A stretch of 46,471 nucleotides of DNA from an uncultured Prevotellaceae bacterium (GTDB lineage: Bacteria > Bacteroidota > Bacteroidia > Bacteroidales > UBA3663). Every line of letters starts with the position of its first letter. Position 1 is the stretch's first letter. This document shows, one piece after another, positions 27,844 to 37,788 of this stretch. The notes under the pieces are model-generated. The model had not been told where the DNA came from and searched no databases. It saw only the letters and a list, made by a program, of their open reading frames with translations. The translations under genes were made by a program, and so were the position numbers. The DNA lies in NCBI GenBank assembly GCA_964495625.1, contig CAZBWT010000002.1, forward strand, positions 1 through 46,471, in the 5' to 3' direction.

Positions 27844-28365
27844 TCAATCCATAGGCAACTCAATCTCATCGCGCACAATGAACATCTCACGTCCCCACGA
27901 TGGGAATTCCTTCTTCAGCACCGCCATCATGGCGTAAGCCTCTTCTGACGTGCGGAAGTTGCCGGCAGTGAGGCGCCAGTTCGGGGTCTTGAAATAGACA
28001 TACACATCCAAATCGGGGAACTTGCGCTTAATCTCGTACGAGATGTCGGTGGCGCGCTTCTTTGAAGCTGTTTGATTGTTGCCCGAAAAGATGCGGATGC
28101 GATAGCCCGACGTGGTGATGCGCTCCCCCTTGTCGCCCTTAGCGGAGTTTGTGGCAGCTGCAGAGGCGGCATTGTTGACAGCAGGCTGCAACAACCCCTC
28201 GATGCGAGCATCTTGATGTATTGACACCCTGCCCGAAGCCGCCAAATGGGCACACATCGAAGTGCGGGGTTGTGAGGTAGCCTCACCGGCACTCTGGGCG
28301 CGCAAAGGCAATGCCACACAAACGGCAAAACAGAGAGCACAAAGCTGAATAAAAGACTTTGTCAT
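27844..28365 (-). CDS. SPOR domain-containing protein
   Basis: The ATG at 28365 gives the signal peptide MTKSFIQLCALCFAVCVALPLRAQS. The C-terminal SPOR-like region is YRIRIFSGNN...WRLTAGNFRTSEEA. The longer ORF to 28506 would overlap tpiA. Confidence 0.8.
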   Translation of the reverse strand: MTKSFIQLCALCFAVCVALPLRAQSAGEATSQPRTSMCAHLAASGRVSIHQDARIEGLLQPAVNNAASAAATNSAKGDKGERITTSGYRIRIFSGNNQTASKKRATDISYEIKRKFPDLDVYVYFKTPNWRLTAGNFRTSEEAYAMMAVLKKEFPSWGREMFIVRDEIELPMD

Positions 28366-28468
28366 AAACAAACCATAAATAACGGAGAAAGGGTGGATGG
28401 GCTCGAGCAGCACAGCAGAGCGGTGCCAAGCAGTCCCCATCCATCCCATTATACTAATATCGGAGCGA

Positions 28469-29224
28469 TTACTTCCAAGCCTCAATGATGGGCAAGAAAG
28501 TCTCAACCTTCAAAGCGGCGCCACCAATCAAGCCACCGTCGATGTCGGGCTGAGCAAAGAGTTCGGGAGCGTTGCTACCCTTGCAGCTACCACCGTAGAG
28601 GATAGAAGTGTTTTCAGCCACCTCTGCGCCATAAACGGCAGCGATGCTCTGACGGATGAAGGCGTGCACCTCTTCAGCCTGTTCAGCCGATGCGGTCAAG
28701 CCCGTGCCAATGGCCCAAACGGGTTCGTAAGCAATAATCACCTTGCCGAAGTCAGCGGCAGAAAGACCGTAGATAGCCTTCATCTGCTGCTCAATCACAG
28801 CCTTAAAGGTGTTGTTCTCACGCTCTTCCTTCACCTCGCCCACGCAGAAGATGGGAGTCAAGCCGGCAGCCAAAGCCAAGTTGACCTTCGTTGTCAACGT
28901 CTCGTTGGTCTCACCATAATACTGACGACGCTCTGAGTGACCCAAAATCACATACTTAGCACCCGTTGATGCCACCATGTCAGCTGAAATCTCACCCGTG
29001 TAGGCGCCCGACGTATGGTCGGCACAGTTCTCAGCACCCACACCAATCTTCTTCGTGTCAATAGCGGCACAAATCGAAGCAATCGAAATGTAAGGAGTGC
29101 AAATGACCACATCACAATTCACCTTTTTGTCGGCCAAAGCCTCATTCAAGCCTTTTGCCAAGGCCAAGCCTTCCTGGAGGTTCGTATTCATCTTCCAGTT
29201 ACCGGCTACGATTTTCTTTCTCAT
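28469..29224 (-). CDS. tpiA: Triosephosphate isomerase
   Basis: 251 aa with the active-site region [11 protein letters not shown] and an N-terminal GNWKMN. Confidence 0.95.
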   Translation of the reverse strand: MRKKIVAGNWKMNTNLQEGLALAKGLNEALADKKVNCDVVICTPYISIASICAAIDTKKIGVGAENCADHTSGAYTGEISADMVASTGAKYVILGHSERRQYYGETNETLTTKVNLALAAGLTPIFCVGEVKEERENNTFKAVIEQQMKAIYGLSAADFGKVIIAYEPVWAIGTGLTASAEQAEEVHAFIRQSIAAVYGAEVAENTSILYGGSCKGSNAPELFAQPDIDGGLIGGAALKVETFLPIIEAWK

Positions 29225-29322
29225 TGTATTATTTTATTGTTTAATAAAGTATGGTTTTCTCTTCACCAAGATACTTATTGTTGTATTGTTGTCGTTAGCT
29301 TTTATCGACAATTATGCCAATC

Positions 29323-30690
29323 TCACTTTATCTGCGAAGTGCGCTTCACTTGCCAGCTCTGCACCACTCTGAGCAACAAAAGTAGCAAATAAGGCACAAC
29401 CAACAAAGCAATCATCCAATAAAAACGGGTCCAGCCGTCAATGACCACCATTTGCCCCAAAGACTGATTTTCCAACCTATCAGAATCCAATTCATCGAAG
29501 TCGATATCCATCAGGTTCTTCTTCCAATAGATGGTGCCGTTTTTAAGCAAGAGCATACCCGGGTTGGCGCGTGAAATGGTCTCCAAAATCGTCACGTCGC
29601 CATAGATGAAGGGGAAGGCTGCGCCCGAGCGCTCCACCCAGCGGCGATATTGCACAAAATCCTTAGGTGTGAGGCAATAGAACGAATAGCCTTCGCGCTT
29701 GGCATAGTGATAGGCGCGCGTCAGAGCCTCGATGCTGGCATCGGAGGTCTCGTTGAGGGCATACGACACTGCCAAGAAGCAGTAGTCTTGATTGTTCAAG
29801 ATGTCGTTGGTCAGATCCACAAAATTCTGATCCGTCACCGAGAAGTCCTTAATCTCGTTGCGACCGATGCTCACCCACTTTTCCTCATCCTCGTCCACAT
29901 TGGCGGTCTCGGTGGTACCTTCGGGCGAGACCTGACGCACCACCTGCTCCACAAACGTCCAGCCGGAGTCTTCGTCGGGCAATTCGTCGAGCGAGAACTC
30001 ACGGCGCTCGCCGTCCTTCTCATAAACCACGAAATACTCCTCCTCGCCCTCGGTCAGAGCAGGGGCATTCGCCACCATCGCCTCACGGATGTTCACGCCG
30101 GACTTAAAGGGGCGGAAGTCGATGAGCGGCAGGTGGGCTATGCCATACCAACAGATGAAGCCGGCAAACACTAACGCATAACCGAAATAACGGATGTAAT
30201 CGCTGCCTGAAATCCAGGTGTAGAGCAGCGGCTTAAGGTGGCGACCAAAGATGACCACCGGCAGGTAGAGAAGAATGAGCACCACGTTTTTGACAAACGT
30301 AGCCCAATTAGAAAGCACAATGGCATCGCCGAAGCAGCCGCAATCGCTGATTGGGTTCTCCAGGGCGAGATAGAGCGTCAAGCCCGTCACGCCTAACAAG
30401 AAAAGCCCCACAATGGTGTAAACATATGCCTTGGCACGCCCGAAAAAGAAAGCTACACCCAAGGCGAATTCGCCCAAACAAAGCAGCAGCGAAAGCTCGC
30501 GTGTGAAAGGCAGCCAAAAGTCCCAGCCAAAATAACGGAAGTACTCCTCAATCTTGAACGCGGTGCCGAGCGGGTCGATGCACTTCAAGAGACCCGACAG
30601 AACGAACACCGCCCCCACTATGCATTGGCATAGATAGACAAGCCTATGTGTTGGCTCTTGTTTTATCTTCTGTCCTTGTCTTAGTTCCAT
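29323..30690 (-). CDS. MauE/DoxX-type membrane domain fused to a thioredoxin-fold domain lacking CxxC
   Basis: 455 aa. It has about 5 N-terminal TM helices with a DCGCFG motif, a C-terminal TlpA-like fold in which the usual WCxxC position reads SYALNETS, and a final TM helix. Confidence 0.7.
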   Translation of the reverse strand: MELRQGQKIKQEPTHRLVYLCQCIVGAVFVLSGLLKCIDPLGTAFKIEEYFRYFGWDFWLPFTRELSLLLCLGEFALGVAFFFGRAKAYVYTIVGLFLLGVTGLTLYLALENPISDCGCFGDAIVLSNWATFVKNVVLILLYLPVVIFGRHLKPLLYTWISGSDYIRYFGYALVFAGFICWYGIAHLPLIDFRPFKSGVNIREAMVANAPALTEGEEEYFVVYEKDGERREFSLDELPDEDSGWTFVEQVVRQVSPEGTTETANVDEDEEKWVSIGRNEIKDFSVTDQNFVDLTNDILNNQDYCFLAVSYALNETSDASIEALTRAYHYAKREGYSFYCLTPKDFVQYRRWVERSGAAFPFIYGDVTILETISRANPGMLLLKNGTIYWKKNLMDIDFDELDSDRLENQSLGQMVVIDGWTRFYWMIALLVVPYLLLLLLRVVQSWQVKRTSQIK

Positions 30691-30743
30691 ACTTACGTCT
30701 TAACTTTAACCTGTGCTATTATATTTTCAACGAACCTGCAACC

Positions 30744-31304
30744 TCAAGCTTCGGTTATGGTCGGTGCTGACTCAAAATGCAGCTTTATCAAGCCGAAGAG
30801 TGAATAATTGACCATATCCATATAGTTCGCATCAATACCCTCAGATATCAACGTCGAGCCATGCAGGTCTTCAATTTGCTTGGTGCGATTAATCTTCATC
30901 AAAATCAGGTCCACATACGAGCTAACGCGCATCAAGCGCCAAGCCTCGTCGTAGTCGTGGTTCTTGGCTTGCAGCAGGCGCAGCGTGTCGCCAAGAAACT
31001 TATCATAAAGCGCGGTCACCTCTTCAGCAGTCTTGTCAACCTGCTCGGCATAGCCCAAGCTCAGCTGAATCAAGCCCATGATGCCATAATTCACAATGCC
31101 GATAAACTCGGGATAGATGCCCTCATCTACGCGAGCCTGCCCCTTGGTTTGGAGCGTGCGGATGCGGTTGGCTTTGATGTAGATCTGATCCGTGATGGAC
31201 TGCGGGCGCATGATGCGCCACGAGGCACCATAGTCATGCAACTTCTTCACAAAAATCTCGCGGCACTCACCGGTGACCACTTTAAGTTGCTCTTCAGTAT
31301 TCAT
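30744..31304 (-). CDS. DUF1599 domain protein (two tandem DUF1599 repeats)
   Basis: 186 aa. Two copies of the K(N)HDYxxAWR...D...K..R motif are present: KLHDYGASWRIMRPQSITDQIYIKANRI and KNHDYDEAWRLMRVSSYVDLILMKINRT. Confidence 0.8.
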   Translation of the reverse strand: MNTEEQLKVVTGECREIFVKKLHDYGASWRIMRPQSITDQIYIKANRIRTLQTKGQARVDEGIYPEFIGIVNYGIMGLIQLSLGYAEQVDKTAEEVTALYDKFLGDTLRLLQAKNHDYDEAWRLMRVSSYVDLILMKINRTKQIEDLHGSTLISEGIDANYMDMVNYSLFGLIKLHFESAPTITEA

Positions 31305-31342
31305 GTTCTTATCTTTTCCTTTCCTTATTTCTAAACTAACAA

Positions 31343-32824
31343 CTACTTAACCAACTCTGCAGCTCTGCGCAATGCGCTCTGCACCGAGCGTTCGCTCGTG
31401 GAGTCTATCTTCCAAAACGTGGGGTTAGGCAGGTAAAGCTCCATGCCTGCCGTCACGTTGTTGGGCGACGACAACTTGTCGCGGTTCACCTCATAGAGGT
31501 AGACCCAAAACGCCTTGTGCCCATACAGACGGCGCGCCATCAGTGTTAGACGATCGCCGGGCTGCACCTTCTCGGTGAGGCGTTTACCTTGCGCGTCATG
31601 CAAGTATCCTGCTTCGTTGTTCTGCGTGGCGGGAGCCTCTGCCATCGGCGCAGACTCCTCCTTGGCAACTTCCGACTCGGCAGGCTGTGCTTCCATCGGT
31701 TCCGGCTCAGCAGTCTCAGCCATCGCGGTGGAGTCTTGCATTGCCGCTTCGTCGGTCAACAGTGAGTCGTCTTCCGATGCCTCTAAGCCAGCCACGTCCG
31801 ATGCCTCTGCACACGACTCCTCGACAGACGATGTGTCGCAAATGGACGCAATCGGAGCCTCGGTGGCAGGTGTAGCCGAGCGGAATAGTTTCGCGCAAAT
31901 ATTAAAAATTAATAGCAAAAACAGAAAAATTATCCCACCAAATATCCACTTTCGCACAGTTTTGCGCGTTTTCGTATGGATTTCAGAGGCTTTTTGCGTC
32001 GTTGCCCTGTCATTTTCTGTCGCAATGGGCACTAATGCATCCGTCTCCGAGGGCTTCGGCACTTCTATTTCTGTTTGCACTGAAGCATCCGCCACATTAT
32101 CGGCAACCGCAGCCACTTCCGGTTCGGCAAGCGTCTTTGCCCCAGGCTCGGCGGATGCGTCCGGCTCAGCCACAATCTCAATCTCAGCTTCAGTTGATGT
32201 TTCCGGCTGCGGCTCCACCCTCGAAGCATCGTCCGGCTGTGGCTGCGGTTCCATCTGACCCACAGGCACGGGTTCGAAACAGCTGAAGGGAGCATTGATC
32301 TGCTCGCGCATCTTATGGTCAATCACCCATGCCACACGACGGCTCTCGCCATCTCTAAAATTCACGATGCGAAAAGTGCCGAAGCCAGCCCAAGTCACCT
32401 CCTCGCCGGCATGCAAATGCGTCGTAGTGACCTGCACCAATGCCTGCACAAAAGCCTCGGCAGCCTCAATCGACAGCTTTACGTAGTCTGACAACAAGGC
32501 AGCCAAGCGTGCAGCGTCTATGGTGAGTCCGCCGCCGCTCAAAGAGTTTGCCGCCGCCGATTCGTCCGCCGACTCCCCCACCGGCTGAAAACGGCAGGTG
32601 ATGCGCGGCGGATAGAGCAACACCTGACCCGACGCGGGGTCATCTTGCAAATATTCGGGGTGCTTATGTGGCACAAATGACCCCAATCCCGACAACGAGA
32701 TGGTGGTCATGTGTATGATTTCCTCTTGGAAAACACGTTCCAAACCGCTCAGCAACAAGGCGCACGTGGCTTTATCCAAGCCGCCCACACGTTGCACTTC
32801 GGTCTTCAGTTCTTTAGGGGTCAT
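31343..32824 (-). CDS. HU-like x2 / TM / acidic low-complexity / LysM-like fusion protein
   Basis: The ATG at 32824 (MTPKELK...) is preferred over the GTG at 32842. Two HU/IHF-like segments are present (LSGLGSFVPHKHP...; WAGFGTFRIVNF...). A TM helix (WIFGGIIFLFLLLIFNI) and an E/A/P-rich tract follow. The C-terminal LysM-like region is VQPGDRLTLMARRLYG...VTAGMELYLP. Confidence 0.7.
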   Translation of the reverse strand: MTPKELKTEVQRVGGLDKATCALLLSGLERVFQEEIIHMTTISLSGLGSFVPHKHPEYLQDDPASGQVLLYPPRITCRFQPVGESADESAAANSLSGGGLTIDAARLAALLSDYVKLSIEAAEAFVQALVQVTTTHLHAGEEVTWAGFGTFRIVNFRDGESRRVAWVIDHKMREQINAPFSCFEPVPVGQMEPQPQPDDASRVEPQPETSTEAEIEIVAEPDASAEPGAKTLAEPEVAAVADNVADASVQTEIEVPKPSETDALVPIATENDRATTQKASEIHTKTRKTVRKWIFGGIIFLFLLLIFNICAKLFRSATPATEAPIASICDTSSVEESCAEASDVAGLEASEDDSLLTDEAAMQDSTAMAETAEPEPMEAQPAESEVAKEESAPMAEAPATQNNEAGYLHDAQGKRLTEKVQPGDRLTLMARRLYGHKAFWVYLYEVNRDKLSSPNNVTAGMELYLPNPTFWKIDSTSERSVQSALRRAAELVK

Positions 32825-32863
32825 TATGATGAACCTTAACACTTATATGCTTGCTGCCCGCAC

Positions 32864-33298
32864 TTATTGTTCGGCAGGCAGGTAAACCAATTCGATGCCG
32901 GCGCGGCGCAAAAGGTCGAGACCGTCGGTGATGCGATATTCCTCAGCATACACCACGCGACGTATGCCCGCCTGAATAATCAGCTTGGCACACTCAATGC
33001 AGGGCGAAGCTGTGACGTAGAGCGTGGCACCGTCGCTCGAGTTGCTCGACTTTGCCACCTTGGTGATGGCATTTGCCTCGGCATGAAGCACATAAGGCTT
33101 GGTGCGGTCGGCACCCTCCTCTTCACACACGTTTTCGAAGCCGCAGGGTGTGCCGTTGTAGCCGTCAGAGATGATCATCTTCTCTTTCACAATCAGCGCA
33201 CCCACCTGACGGCGGCGGCAATATGAATTCTCTGCCCAAATTTGCGCCATGCGCAGGTAGCGGCAGTCTAAGGCATGCTGTTTATCGTCGTTACTCAT
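32864..33298 (-). CDS. Deoxycytidylate (dCMP) deaminase
   Basis: 144 aa with the zinc motifs HAEANAI and PCIECAKLI. Confidence 0.9.
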   Translation of the reverse strand: MSNDDKQHALDCRYLRMAQIWAENSYCRRRQVGALIVKEKMIISDGYNGTPCGFENVCEEEGADRTKPYVLHAEANAITKVAKSSNSSDGATLYVTASPCIECAKLIIQAGIRRVVYAEEYRITDGLDLLRRAGIELVYLPAEQ

Positions 33299-33320
33299 GG
33301 AAATCGGTTTATTATTCGGG

Positions 33321-34967
33321 TTATTTCACAGGGTAGGCCTTGCCGGCATTCAAGATGCTGATGGCTTCGTTATAGACCTTGTCGTCGCCATAAAACTCCT
33401 GATAGAAGAAGTTATCGTCCTTCACCTGACGCATCACATAGGCAATGAGCAGGCGTTCCAGATAAGCACTCGCGGCATTGACTTGTGCCGGCACAGGCTT
33501 CACCTTGTCGGCAGCGAACTTCACGAACTCTGGCAAGAGTTGCTGCTGTTTCAAGAAAGCGTGCATCGCGTCGAAGTCCGTAAATGCCTTCAGCTGCTCG
33601 CGGTGTGCATCGGCATAACGGAACGCAAAGGCATAGGGCAAGCCGAGGTTGATGACGCGAGTGGAATAAGGCGATGTGCCGGTGGTGTCAACCGGGATGA
33701 ACACATCGGGCATAATGCCGCCACCGCCATACACGGTGCGACCCATCACGGTGGTGTAAGGCACCGTGTCTGCCAAATGGATGCTATCTTTTGAATAGAA
33801 TTCGCCGCGATCGTAACGCTCCATCAAGTCGCGCTCGTAGTCGGCACCGTCACCCATCTGATAAGCCTTCTGGATGCAGCGACCCGAGGGGATGTGATAG
33901 CGCGCCGTGGTGAGACGCAATGCCGAACCGTCGCCCAACTCAAACTGGCGCTGCACCAAACCCTTGCCAAACGAACGGCGACCAATGATGGTGCCGCGGT
34001 CGTTGTCTTGAATGGCTCCGGCAAAAATCTCGCTTGCCGAGGCAGACCACTCGTCGATGAGCACCACGATGGGAGCCTCTTGGAAGTTGCCGCGACCGTC
34101 GGCACGCAGCTCTTCGCGCTCGCTGTGCAAGCCCTCGGTGTAGACCACCATAGCGCCGCGTTTCAAGAACTCGTTGACCATCTGATAGCAGATGTCCATA
34201 TAGCCGCCCGAATTGGCACGAAGGTCTACGATGTAGCCCTGTGCACCGGCACGCTTCAGGTTCATCAATGCGGTGAAGAACTCATTATAGGTGTTGCGAC
34301 CAAAGTTGTCAATCTTCAGATAGCCGATGTTGGGGCGAATCAGATAAGAGGCATTCACGCTGATCAGCGGAATGTCGCCGCGCACAATGTCGAACTTCAG
34401 CTCTTCGTCGGCGGATGAGCGACGCACGCCCACGCGCACCGTAGTGCCCTTCTCACCGCGCAACTTGCTGAACACCTTCTCGTTGGTGATGCCCTTGCCC
34501 GTGAAGGTGGAGTCGTCTACGGTCACGATGCGGTCGCCGGGCATCAAGCCCACCTTCTCTGAAGGTCCGCCCGAGATGACACCAATCACCATCACCGTGT
34601 CGTTTTGAATGTTAAATTGCACGCCGATGCCCGAGAAGGAGCCGTTCAGCTGCTCGTTGGTGCTCTCTAAGTCTTTGGCGGGGATGTAAACCGAGTGGGG
34701 ATCCAACTCACCGATTAAGGTGGGAATGGCTTGCTCCAACAGGTCGTCCACATTGAGCGAGTCGACATACTCATTCTCCAACAGGTGGAACATGGTGTTC
34801 ATCTTCTGCATGGCTCCCGACGTGAGGGGCACCCCTGACGGACGCATCAAGTTGGCGAGGTCGCCCTCCTGCTTCAGGCGGAGGTCTTCAAGCCGTGCGC
34901 CGAAATAGATAAAAAAGGCAATGGCGACCGCCACACCGAGCGGTTGCCAAGTTTTATTGTTGTTCAT
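33321..34967 (-). CDS. S41 family C-terminal processing peptidase
   Basis: 548 aa. It has an N-terminal TM, a PDZ domain (GGPSEKVGLMPGDRIVTVD) and the catalytic region DEWSASASEIFAGA...GRRSFGKG. Confidence 0.9.
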   Translation of the reverse strand: MNNNKTWQPLGVAVAIAFFIYFGARLEDLRLKQEGDLANLMRPSGVPLTSGAMQKMNTMFHLLENEYVDSLNVDDLLEQAIPTLIGELDPHSVYIPAKDLESTNEQLNGSFSGIGVQFNIQNDTVMVIGVISGGPSEKVGLMPGDRIVTVDDSTFTGKGITNEKVFSKLRGEKGTTVRVGVRRSSADEELKFDIVRGDIPLISVNASYLIRPNIGYLKIDNFGRNTYNEFFTALMNLKRAGAQGYIVDLRANSGGYMDICYQMVNEFLKRGAMVVYTEGLHSEREELRADGRGNFQEAPIVVLIDEWSASASEIFAGAIQDNDRGTIIGRRSFGKGLVQRQFELGDGSALRLTTARYHIPSGRCIQKAYQMGDGADYERDLMERYDRGEFYSKDSIHLADTVPYTTVMGRTVYGGGGIMPDVFIPVDTTGTSPYSTRVINLGLPYAFAFRYADAHREQLKAFTDFDAMHAFLKQQQLLPEFVKFAADKVKPVPAQVNAASAYLERLLIAYVMRQVKDDNFFYQEFYGDDKVYNEAISILNAGKAYPVK

Positions 34968-36078
34968 AGAGATGTATCGCCCCGGTGAAGGGATTAAATG
35001 TTGCTTTCACTTGTGTTTTCTTATCGACGAAGAGCGTCGTGGGCAACTGCTCCACGCAGCCCAACTGACCCATATAGAACTCGTCGGCTGCCACTGTGCC
35101 GCCCTTGTAGGTCACCTGCACCGAGGCGCGACCTGGCTTCAAAAAGGCTACGCCCTGGTTGCCCTTCTTCTGCTTCTTGTCGGTGGCGGCTTGCGGGGTA
35201 CGCTGGTCGCTCGTGATGGTCATTGACACGCGCAGGGGTTCACCACTCAGGTCATTATTATTGACGAAGCCGTAGTAACGCGAAAAGCGGGTCAGCACCT
35301 CACCACGCACCTCTTCGGCGGTGGGATGGAACAAGAAGACGCGCTTCACGCGGCGCACCGTCTTCTCGCCGGTGAAGAGTGCCATGTAGGCATTCTCTTG
35401 CGCCTCAAGATTTTCGAGCACCAATTTATAGGAAGCCCCGTCGGCAGGCAGGTTGTCAGCCTCGCCGGTGAGCAAATCCAAGCGGCTCTCGCGGATGCGG
35501 AAAATCTGCGATGCGGCAATCTCCGCCTGCTTGGCTTTCGACCCTGCCTTCAGCAGCTCTGAATTGGTGACCTGCAGTCCGTCGGGCTGCGACACGATGG
35601 TCACCTCGTCGGCTGGCAGACTGACCGCATCGGTGGGCGGTGTGTTGATGCTCCACAAGATGCCGTCGTCGGTGAGATAGCACGTGGGGTTATTACCCTT
35701 GTCGAACTTAATCTGATAGGTGCGCGCCGTGTCGGGTTCAGCCACCGGCGTGAGTGTCACACCCAACAGTCGCCAGGTCTCGCCATCGGTCTGAGCCGCA
35801 TCAGTCACGCCCAAATAGCGTTCGGCATAATTGGCATACGCGCCCGCCTTCACTGCGGTGCATTCCGCCTCGACGGTTACAGCCACCAACGTTTGCGGCA
35901 GACTGTAGGTGATGCCGTAGCCGGTCGATTCGCCCACAGCCACTTTCTGCACCGTCTGGGCGCAAAGGGGCATGGTGGCTGCGAAGGCAGCTGCGGTGAT
36001 AAACAATCCGGAATAATTAAATTTGGAATGATTTAATCCGGCATGATTTTGTCCGGTATATTTCATTTGATGTTTCAT
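34954..36078 (-). CDS. Secreted hypothetical protein (possibly DUF4831-type)
   Basis: It has a signal-like segment FITAAAFAATMPLCAQ. The start is ambiguous (GTG 36084, ATG 36078 or ATG 36066). Its 3' end overlaps the S41 peptidase start by 14 bp. Confidence 0.6.
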   Translation of the reverse strand: MKHQMKYTGQNHAGLNHSKFNYSGLFITAAAFAATMPLCAQTVQKVAVGESTGYGITYSLPQTLVAVTVEAECTAVKAGAYANYAERYLGVTDAAQTDGETWRLLGVTLTPVAEPDTARTYQIKFDKGNNPTCYLTDDGILWSINTPPTDAVSLPADEVTIVSQPDGLQVTNSELLKAGSKAKQAEIAASQIFRIRESRLDLLTGEADNLPADGASYKLVLENLEAQENAYMALFTGEKTVRRVKRVFLFHPTAEEVRGEVLTRFSRYYGFVNNNDLSGEPLRVSMTITSDQRTPQAATDKKQKKGNQGVAFLKPGRASVQVTYKGGTVAADEFYMGQLGCVEQLPTTLFVDKKTQVKATFNPFTGAIHLYEQQ

Positions 36079-36100
36079 TGACACATTAATTAATCTAATG

Positions 36101-36682
36101 TTACTTTTGGCGGATAGCCTCGAGCAAACGGGGCAATTCCTGCTCGAACTGCGGGGTGAAGATGCCCGTGCCGAGCGCGGCTTGCAGTTCGGCGAGCGTC
36201 CAATAGCGACCCTCGCTCACCTCATCGAGGTCGGGGGTGAGCACAGCGTCGGTAGTGGTGCGATAGGCGCACACCATCTCGCGCTCACGTTGCGACTGCC
36301 ACACGTAGTGGAACAGCTCCACGGGGGTGAACTCCTTCAGAGCAAGTTCTTCGCGAGCCTCGCGGCGCAGAGCCGTCTCGATCTGCTCACCATAGTCCAC
36401 ATGACCACCCACAGCCGTATCCCACTTGCCGGGCTGGATATCCTTGCTCATTGAGCGGCGTTGCAGGTAGAGAGCACCGTCAGAGTTGAAGATATGGAGG
36501 TGCACCACGGGGTGAAGCCACATCGAGCCACCGTGACACACGGCGCGTGTGGTGCGTCCCGTCACGTTCCCCTCCTCGTCAATCACGGGGAAGAGTTCGG
36601 GGCTGTCTAACAGTTCCGGCGGCAAACCGGCGGGCATCGACACTGCCCAAGGTGCATGGGGTGGATATTTCAGTTCAATCAT
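36101..36682 (-). CDS. NUDIX hydrolase
   Basis: The Nudix box is GGHVDYGEQIETALRREAREELAL. The ATG at 36682 avoids overlap with recR; the ORF-track start at 36823 lies inside recR. Confidence 0.85.
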   Translation of the reverse strand: MIELKYPPHAPWAVSMPAGLPPELLDSPELFPVIDEEGNVTGRTTRAVCHGGSMWLHPVVHLHIFNSDGALYLQRRSMSKDIQPGKWDTAVGGHVDYGEQIETALRREAREELALKEFTPVELFHYVWQSQREREMVCAYRTTTDAVLTPDLDEVSEGRYWTLAELQAALGTGIFTPQFEQELPRLLEAIRQK

Positions 36683-36716
36683 GATTTTCTGTTGCCTTAT
36701 TTCTGCTTCAGTTGCC

Positions 36717-37349
36717 TTATTTCTGCTGATGAAAACTGTCGGCAAACGGGGTGCGGTTCTGAATGGAGCGCCCCAAGGTGATTTCGTCGGCATACTCAAT
36801 CTCGTCTCCCACCGACACACCACGCGCCAAGGTCGTCACCTTCAGGTCGGCAAACGGTGCGAGGCGGCGGTAGATGTAGAAGTTGGTGGTGTCGCCCTCC
36901 ATGGTGGTGCTGAGGGCTAAAATCACCTCGCTGATGCCACCGGCGCGCACACGTTCAACGAGCGAATCGATTTGCAGCTGCTGGGGTCCCACCCCGTCCA
37001 TCGGTGAAATCAGGCCGCCAAGCACGTGATAGAGACCGTGGAACTGGCGTGTAGCCTCCACCACCATCACCTCTTTGACGTTCTCCACGACGCAGACGAT
37101 TGAGCCGTCGCGCGTAGGGTCGGCACAGATGGCACACCGTTCGGTGTCAGAGATATTGTGGCAAACGTCGCAATAGCGCACCTCGCGGCGCAGGCGTATC
37201 AGTGACTCACCCAACTGCACAGCCCGCTGAGGCTCTTGTCGCAACAGATGCAGCACCAATCGCAGGGCTGTTTTGCGTCCCACGCCGGGCAATTTAGCGA
37301 ACTCATCGACAGCGTCTTCTAAGAGCAGTGAGGGGTATTGTTGATTCAT
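36717..37349 (-). CDS. recR: Recombination protein RecR
   Basis: 210 aa. It has an HhH region ([12 protein letters not shown]), a C4 zinc finger ([16 protein letters not shown]) and a Toprim domain. Confidence 0.95.
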   Translation of the reverse strand: MNQQYPSLLLEDAVDEFAKLPGVGRKTALRLVLHLLRQEPQRAVQLGESLIRLRREVRYCDVCHNISDTERCAICADPTRDGSIVCVVENVKEVMVVEATRQFHGLYHVLGGLISPMDGVGPQQLQIDSLVERVRAGGISEVILALSTTMEGDTTNFYIYRRLAPFADLKVTTLARGVSVGDEIEYADEITLGRSIQNRTPFADSFHQQK

Positions 37350-37389
37350 TATTTTAGATTCTCGTCTCTGTTTTCATCTCAATTTGCCG

Positions 37390-37397
37390 CAAATATA
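37390..37397 (-). promoter_or_regulatory. Candidate -7 box (TATATTTG on the minus strand) for recR
   Basis: Plus strand CAAATATA lies about 41 bp upstream of the recR ATG in an AT-rich stretch. Confidence 0.45.
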
Positions 37398-37500
37398 TTA
37401 AAAAAATACGGTAGGTTGCATCATTTTGTGCAGTTTTATTGGCAAAGCAAGCTTTTCACGCAGCAACCCTCAGCGGATAAGCTCAAATTTAGTGCTTGTT

Positions 37501-37788
37501 TGGGGTGAGTAGGTCGCCGGAGGCTCCGGCACGGCACTATTGATGTGGGTGGTAGTAGCGGCTGTTAAACATCCTGCCCCAAGCAACGACAGCTGTGCAC
37601 ATTTCTCCCCTTGTGCCAAGGTCTACTGCCGACAGTGCACACCGACGCGAGGCAGCCGACCTCCGCTCTTGTCATGAGTGGTGGTCGGCTGCCCCGCGCC
37701 GTCTGCGGTCTTGTTGCTCGCGCCCTATGCCGAGACTCCGGCACCCATCGCCCGAAAAGGATGTGCAAGACAAAGACTGCCAAGCGCC
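37501..37788. other. GC-rich, structure-prone noncoding island (candidate ncRNA or decayed gene remnant)
   Basis: My hand count gives about 61% G+C over 37501-37800, next to an AT-rich promoter stretch. A perfect 11-bp stem GGCAGCCGACC (37651-37661) / GGTCGGCTGCC (37683-37693) is present. So are a 7-bp stem TGTGCAC (37594-37600) / GTGCACA (37635-37641) and GCCGGA-GGC-TCCGGC at about 37516-37530. Only short ORFs with implausible composition occur here. Confidence 0.35.

Noticed and set aside
37501-37788. RNase P RNA, tmRNA, SRP RNA or a cobalamin riboswitch in the GC-rich island
   Set aside because: I could not find the conserved cores on either strand: GGAAAGUCCGG and ACAGAAxCCGGCUUA, GGGGCUGA...UCCACCA, GGAAGCAGCC, or a B12 box. 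It is kept only as an unclassified candidate.
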